Assembly: GCA_030587475.2 (NCBI GenBank)
Contig: JAUQYZ020000024.1
Span: forward strand, 1-44,086
Length of the DNA stretch: 44,086 bases
Origin: Candidatus Sigynarchaeum calidifontis
Lineage (GTDB): Archaea; Asgardarchaeota; Lokiarchaeia; Sigyniarchaeales; Sigyniarchaeaceae
Reading direction: 5' to 3'
In this document: in pieces, positions 39,589-44,086 of the stretch
How positions within the stretch are numbered: the first letter of the stretch is position 1
Layout of the letters: every line of letters starts with the position of its first letter
Notes under the pieces: model-generated
The model's database searches: none
Told to the model about the DNA's origin: nothing
The model's input: the letters and a program-made list of their open reading frames with translations, nothing else
Program-made: the position numbers and the translations under genes

Positions 39589-39729
39589 TTACCTTTGCAT
39601 CGGCTTTCCCGTCTTCAAATCCTTCTTGCACGACATGCAATACTCGCCTTTCCCATCTTGAAACGTCATGGTCGCCCCGGCTTTGCACCATGGGCAATCT
39701 ATCTGTTTCTCGTGCTTCACGACGCGCAT
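39589..39729 (-). CDS. Small zinc-ribbon protein (46 aa) MRVVKHEKQIDCPWCKAGATMTFQDGKGEYCMSCKKDLKTGKPMQR
   Basis: Manually translated; CPWC-x15-CMSC; GAGGA SD upstream; below ORF-track cut-off. Confidence 0.78.
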   Translation of the reverse strand: MRVVKHEKQIDCPWCKAGATMTFQDGKGEYCMSCKKDLKTGKPMQR

Positions 39730-39796
39730 GGTCGTCCTCGGCTGTCTCGTGTGTGCCGTCCGGCGGGAATTTCCTGGGGGAGCCGTCCTTTTATGA

Positions 39797-39919
39797 CGTA
39801 TTCTATGGTCATCGCCGTCCTATATATTTGTACCTCCTTCATAGCTTCAACAAGGATGACACGCATTCGATGACGATGGCTTAGAATACGCTAGATATTC
39901 TACCTGGTTGGTAGAATAC
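39797..39919. promoter_or_regulatory. Cluster of TAGAATA half-sites incl. palindrome TATTCTACC-N5-GGTAGAATA
   Basis: Copies at 39797-805, 39882-890, 39896-904 and 39910-918 around a TATATA box near 39821. Confidence 0.5.
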
Positions 39920-39983
39920 ATGAAAACGATCAAGCTGCGATCATGGGGTTTTTGAAAAAACTTGAAACATGGATGAACAAAGG

Positions 39984-40097
39984 TCATGCTTTGATCAATG
40001 CCCTTTTTTCGCGTTGTTCAATAATCATGCGCCATTTGAATAGTTTCCTATCGACGACATTTTCGGCAAGCAGCTTGTCCAGCAAAATATCAGTCAT
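39984..40097 (-). pseudogene. Internally deleted paralog (37 aa) of antitoxin-like gene 41182-41421
   Basis: MTDILLDKLLAENVVDRKL vs MTEISLDKALAENLVDTKL; IIEQREK vs LLDQREK; central ~42 aa missing. Confidence 0.72.
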
Positions 40098-40203
40098 GAT
40101 GATTTATCACGCGGGCGTATTCCAAAAACGGGGCAAAATCATTTTCAAAGCTTGAAAAAAAGGTATCATTGTTTGGGTCGACCATGAAGGTCCAGGATCG
40201 AGC

Positions 40204-40461
40204 CTAGGTGGACTTATGCATCGCTTGCGGTAGAACCTCGGTCATGCCGAAGTACAGCGCGAAGCCGATCCAGAGCATCACGGCAACGGGCATGGTCTGG
40301 GACATGGTATATGACGCGATAAAGGTCATGAGTGTAAAATAGCACGCGCCGAGCAAGAGACCGACCATGATGAGCACGTGACTCACGAGCACACCAACCG
40401 ACATCTTTTTTTTATTATTCGTTTTTTCCGATTTGTTGCTTGTAACGGTAGCCATGTTCAT
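40204..40461 (-). CDS. Small 2-TM membrane protein
   Basis: Basic N-terminus followed by two hydrophobic helices; GAGGA SD. Confidence 0.7.
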   Translation of the reverse strand: MNMATVTSNKSEKTNNKKKMSVGVLVSHVLIMVGLLLGACYFTLMTFIASYTMSQTMPVAVMLWIGFALYFGMTEVLPQAMHKST

Positions 40462-40677
40462 TCATCCTCTTCTGACCCTGCAGAAATGGGCTACCATCAT
40501 GATAATTGTCTGGGTATTTAACAATGACGGGTGTACAAAAGCGGATGCATAAAAGCTATGGAGATAATGGAAGCTATTGGAAGGCGTGTTTGCATAGATT
40601 TCGTCGATATTCTCGGAGGGATTGTCACCGAAGAGAGATTACTTGTCTTGTCCAAGCATATCGAGAAAAATTCGAAT

Positions 40678-40741
40678 GGAAAATAAGAAGGAATGGCAGT
40701 GAACGTGCTGTTGGGGCACGCTTCCGCCGTCATTCGTGCAT
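40678..40741. repeat. 64-bp direct repeat, copy 1
   Basis: GGAAAATAAGAAGGAATGGCAGTGAACGTGCTGTTGGGGCACGCTTCCGCCGTCATTCGTGCAT, identical to 43684-43747. Confidence 0.97.
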
Positions 40742-40776
40742 TACCCGACTGGGTTCATACCGTCGATGGATATCGC

Positions 40777-41160
40777 TCAGAATCGACATCTTGGATCGAG
40801 TAATATGTTCTTCTTCACCAGATCGCACAAACGAGGGATGTCCTGTTCTGGTATGCCGAGCATCGGGCTCGCATATCCCTCTTGCGTTTTCCGTGGATGA
40901 AAATGATGAGGCGTCGTGCTGACCTTCCACGTGTCGTCAAAGTTATCGAACCTACAGCGATCGAGTTCGTTTGACGAGAAGATAAACGAATACGAGTATT
41001 GATCATGATCGTTGAAATAAACGATGATAATCGTACTGTCTTGCAGTACCACGCGCAAACGAACCAAAATATCGTTGAAAAACAAGCTTGAAACACAGTG
41101 ACCGAGATCTCGCTCGATCAGCGTTTTCGCGATCTCCAGCTTATCGATCCCGTCCATCAT
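40777..41160 (-). CDS. DUF6516 (TumE-like) putative toxin
   Basis: YSY...RFDN...STTPHHFH motif; directly downstream of a small helical partner gene. Confidence 0.72.
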   Translation of the reverse strand: MMDGIDKLEIAKTLIERDLGHCVSSLFFNDILVRLRVVLQDSTIIIVYFNDHDQYSYSFIFSSNELDRCRFDNFDDTWKVSTTPHHFHPRKTQEGYASPMLGIPEQDIPRLCDLVKKNILLDPRCRF

Positions 41161-41181
41161 ACGACCTCGATCGGTAAACGA

Positions 41182-41421
41182 TTACGAATTCCAGCGTTTC
41201 TTGAGCTGGAGAAGCTTTTCCCGCTGGTCGAGCAAGTTGGTCATGCCGATCGCGTCTTCCTCCGCTTCTCGTATCACGCCTTTTTTCGCGTCATTCAAGA
41301 AGCGTGCGGCGTCTGTATAGTTCCATGCTTGGAGGATCTTCCCGATCTCATCTTGAAGTACCCGCAGTTTCGTATCGACAAGGTTTTCGGCAAGCGCCTT
41401 GTCCAGCGAAATCTCGGTCAT
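41182..41421 (-). CDS. Putative antitoxin (small helical protein)
   Basis: 79-aa helical ORF with GGTGA SD, directly upstream of the DUF6516-like gene. Confidence 0.68.
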   Translation of the reverse strand: MTEISLDKALAENLVDTKLRVLQDEIGKILQAWNYTDAARFLNDAKKGVIREAEEDAIGMTNLLDQREKLLQLKKRWNS

Positions 41422-41761
41422 AATGGTTCACCACGTGATTAATCCAAATAGATGTCTAAATCTTTTTCCTTAATCGGCAAGTAGGTACGGGTTCATTTAA
41501 CTTAGGACTTCTCTCGTCATGGAAAGGAACTGCTTCTGGTAGATCCCCTGGCACTATCGTTTGGACAATCTTAACGATTCTATTATTTATACGTGAGAGC
41601 ATTGCGCATGTAACTGGTTTTTAATGCCTTTCTAAAGGCTACATACAGCCTCCTTTTAATCAACTTTTCGGCCTCTTCCACCCAGCGTGACGCATATCTC
41701 AAACGACAAAAATGGAGGTAGGAGGGGGTGGTATTAAAAACGATGGCAGATTGACCACCGC

Positions 41762-43075
41762 ATGACCGTATTCTACCGAATCCGTCCACCGGTTGCCGCC
41801 GGTCTTGGACAGATCAACCCCCAGTGGATAAATCTCCAACTGCGTTTAGATGTTGCGGATCTCGTCAAGCCGCTGATCGCGGGCCTGCTGCCCGAAAAGC
41901 GCAGCGGGTACGCCTCTGACGTGTTCGTGCTGTTTCAAGCGTGTGTCGAGCTCGGACAGCAGTCCCCAGAACACATGGCCGAGTGGTTGAACAACGCGTG
42001 CAAGGATGAGGGATATTCGTTCCAAGCGTTTCAAACCGAGATCTTCTCGAACGGAAGAGAACGCCGATATTTTCCAGACCAGCCAGCGCTATCCCGATAC
42101 TTGAAAGAGGTAGCCGCGGCTGGAAAAATCGAAGAGTTCTGGAACATCGTCCATTTCGCGCACTTTCTCTTGCTCCAAAAGTTAGAGCTTGTCAAGAAGA
42201 ACTTGAAAATGATCGCCGACGTGCACGACGAGCCTTGCAAGAAGGACAAGAACGACCCGTATTGCTTCGGGCAGAAGGAAGGAAAGACCGTGTACAAGAC
42301 GCTCGTGTTCTCCGTGATATCTGGTAAACTGCACCAGGTCATCGCCGTGTACAAGCTCAAGAAAGGCATGAAACGGTTGCCGCTGTTCGAGGCCGTGATG
42401 GACCGGCTACGGGCGAATGGATTTACGGTCACGTATGCTCTGGTCGACCGGGAATTCTACCGCAAGGACTTGTTCCTGGCCTTCATTCGCTGGAAGGTCA
42501 CCGTCATCACGCCGGGACGGAAATGCAGGCAAACCGAGCAATTGATGGAGAACTATTTGCTTGGTAAAAGCGAGCGTTTCGGCCGAGGCTCCATGTTGTT
42601 GCCATACGTCCGCGGGAAGGGACAATCCTTGCTGGAGTTTGATCTCCTCCTCGCGGCAAAGCGAAAATACCATCTGGATCAAGTGAAGCGTGAATTCGAT
42701 GCCAAGAAGTTGTCCATCACCGATGCAAAGAAACGCATTTTCCCGCTGGTCGTCTTGCGCGCTGGAAGTCGTGGCATCACGAAGATCCGTGGCAACGAGG
42801 ATTACATCCGGCAGTTGTATCGTCAACGATGGTTCATCGAGATCGCCTTCCGAGAGATGAACCGGCTCGGCATCTCGTCCCATCTCCGTGGCCGGGATAG
42901 CCGGCTCGGCATCCTCGGCGCAAAAGCCTTGATCTACAACATCTGGCAGGTGCAGCGATTGCTTGCCGCGAGGGCAGATCCCGCGGCCGGGCCGCTCGAA
43001 CTGGACGAGTTCCTCGGGAAGACCTTTTCTCGCCGTTTCTACCAGTATTTGGCTCCCGTTGGCATGAATCCTTAA
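41762..43075 (+). mobile_element. DDE transposase (IS4 superfamily; ISH3/IS701-like)
   Basis: IAD, ALVDREFY, LYRQRWFIEIAFREMN (Y-2-R-3-E signature); element ends not identified. Confidence 0.85.
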
Positions 43076-43167
43076 AATTAGACACGATGGAGGTGGTCAG
43101 CTTGATGGAAACCTATAAATCGGGGTGAATTACATACTTTATGATTTAAATACTATAAGCGATACTC

Positions 43168-43572
43168 ATGCCCCGGCGACTCACCCGGCCCGAGGTGGTC
43201 CGTAGGATCGCTATTCGCGCGATACTCGATGCACGAGGCGACCTAACGTATGCCGACCTAGCAAGCTTGTTTGTCGCGAGCCGGCGAACCATACACGACG
43301 CGAAGCGGCACCCGGTGGCTGATTGGCTGAGGATCCTCGCCGCCGCGCCGTTGCCGAGCGGGCGAGGGATAGGGGTTGCTGGCGGGACAGCGCCTCGTCC
43401 GGGCCAGGCACAGGTGGCGCGCCCGAGGGCGTCGAGGAGCAATGCCAAGCTCGTGCCGCCCCGCTCGCCCTTGCCGCTGCACGAACTGTATCACGCTCGC
43501 CGTCGCCTCGTAGAACACGCGGTGGCAGCGAATCCAGAGGAGAAAGCATTTAAGGATAATTTAAAAGGTTGA
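43168..43572 (+). CDS. HTH-like protein downstream of transposase
   Basis: 19/61 ungapped identity to N-domain of 37306-37782; TTTAAATA about 20 nt upstream. Confidence 0.7.
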   Translation: MPRRLTRPEVVRRIAIRAILDARGDLTYADLASLFVASRRTIHDAKRHPVADWLRILAAAPLPSGRGIGVAGGTAPRPGQAQVARPRASRSNAKLVPPRSPLPLHELYHARRRLVEHAVAANPEEKAFKDNLKG

Positions 43573-43677
43573 TATTGATTGCTCCTGTAACGTGCTCCCC
43601 CGATGATATGAAAGACGAAAACGACTGAGAATTTGCGAGATCTGGCTGCCGCTAGAACTTGTAGACAAGTTTTGGAT

Positions 43678-44086
43678 AAAAAGGGAAAATAAGAAGGAAT
43701 GGCAGTGAACGTGCTGTTGGGGCACGCTTCCGCCGTCATTCGTGCATCTCCGGGGACGCTTCCGCCGCGGAAAGGGATCGCCTGCGCGGCCGTTGTTACC
43801 GAAGCACGTGGCCACGCGAGCGCTGCCGTCGAGGCCATGTCGGGCAGCCTGCTCGCCCCGTCAGGCGAGCGGATGGAGAACACCAGCGACCGCCGGATGC
43901 CTTGGCTCTGGCGATGCCGGCAGCCGGTTCAGTTCCCCGTGCGGCGACACTTTCGTGGCCGCCGCACCCTTTCCATATCAGAAGGTGAATCGAAGCCACT
44001 TCCATCGGGGCAGGATCATCGTCGCGGTGTTGCCATGTTGCTGCGGCGATGCCGCTTGCGCGGCCGAGCTTGTCGTTTCCCGTGCC
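43678..44086 (-). ncRNA. Candidate large structured RNA (5' end beyond window)
   Basis: Contiguous hairpins with GAAA, GCAA and cUUCGg tetraloops and G-U pairs on the minus strand; long-range helix 43967-74/43769-76; no credible ORF; ends in hairpin + pyrimidine tract. Confidence 0.6.
43684..43747. repeat. 64-bp direct repeat, copy 2
   Basis: Identical to 40678-40741; contains an imperfect hairpin at 43697-43741. Confidence 0.97.

Noticed and set aside
40558-40686. 42-aa plus-strand ORF ending inside the 64-bp repeat
   Set aside because: No recognisable motif or clear SD; insufficient support.
43719-43767. Tandem 12-17-bp motif as a CRISPR mini-array
   Set aside because: Only two short copies about 32 bp apart and no cas genes in the window.
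43684-44086. RNase P RNA, SRP RNA, group II intron or SECIS identity
   Set aside because: GAAACGAC, GAAUG and AACAG fragments resemble RNase P, but the 3' P4 strand (ACAGAA..GGCUUA-like) is absent; no SRP helix-8 motif, no domain V catalytic triad/bulge, and no tandem GA quartet.
1-44086. Numerous long antisense/overlapping ORFs in the track (e.g. 2659-3609, 5778-6686, 8903-9721, 26754-27521)
   Set aside because: Shadow ORFs produced by GC-rich codon bias opposite well-supported genes.

Overview
Gene-dense chromosomal window, most likely from an Asgard archaeon (Lokiarchaeia/Sigynarchaeota-like). This is an inference from a Rag/Arf-like GTPase with a roadblock/longin-like tail, 7TM proteins, a multi-PAS kinase, TATA-like boxes and oligo-T terminators. 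Positions 1-39 kb are mostly metabolic: ilvBN, sugar MFS transporters, GH20, GH27/36-like, GH172 and GH63-like hydrolases, oxidoreductases, GGT and an M55 peptidase. Positions 37-44 kb are accessory. Four observations stand out, none of them in the ORF track. (1) A 26-aa leader peptide (17/26 Ile/Leu/Val) lies directly upstream of ilvBN with its own TATA box, SD and alternative hairpins, i.e. a candidate ribosome-sensing attenuator in an archaeon. (2) A highly structured minus-strand RNA candidate of at least 400 nt sits at the window end. Its 64-bp 3' end is exactly duplicated 3 kb away, bracketing a DUF6516-like TA pair, a DDE transposase and an HTH gene. (3) A trio of small DNA-binding-like genes consists of an HTH + AbrB-like fusion plus each domain on its own. 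(4) There are unannotated micro-ORFs (a Zn-ribbon and an internally deleted antitoxin paralog) and a broken surface-sensor/wHTH gene. Family assignments are from motif recognition only; no database search was run.
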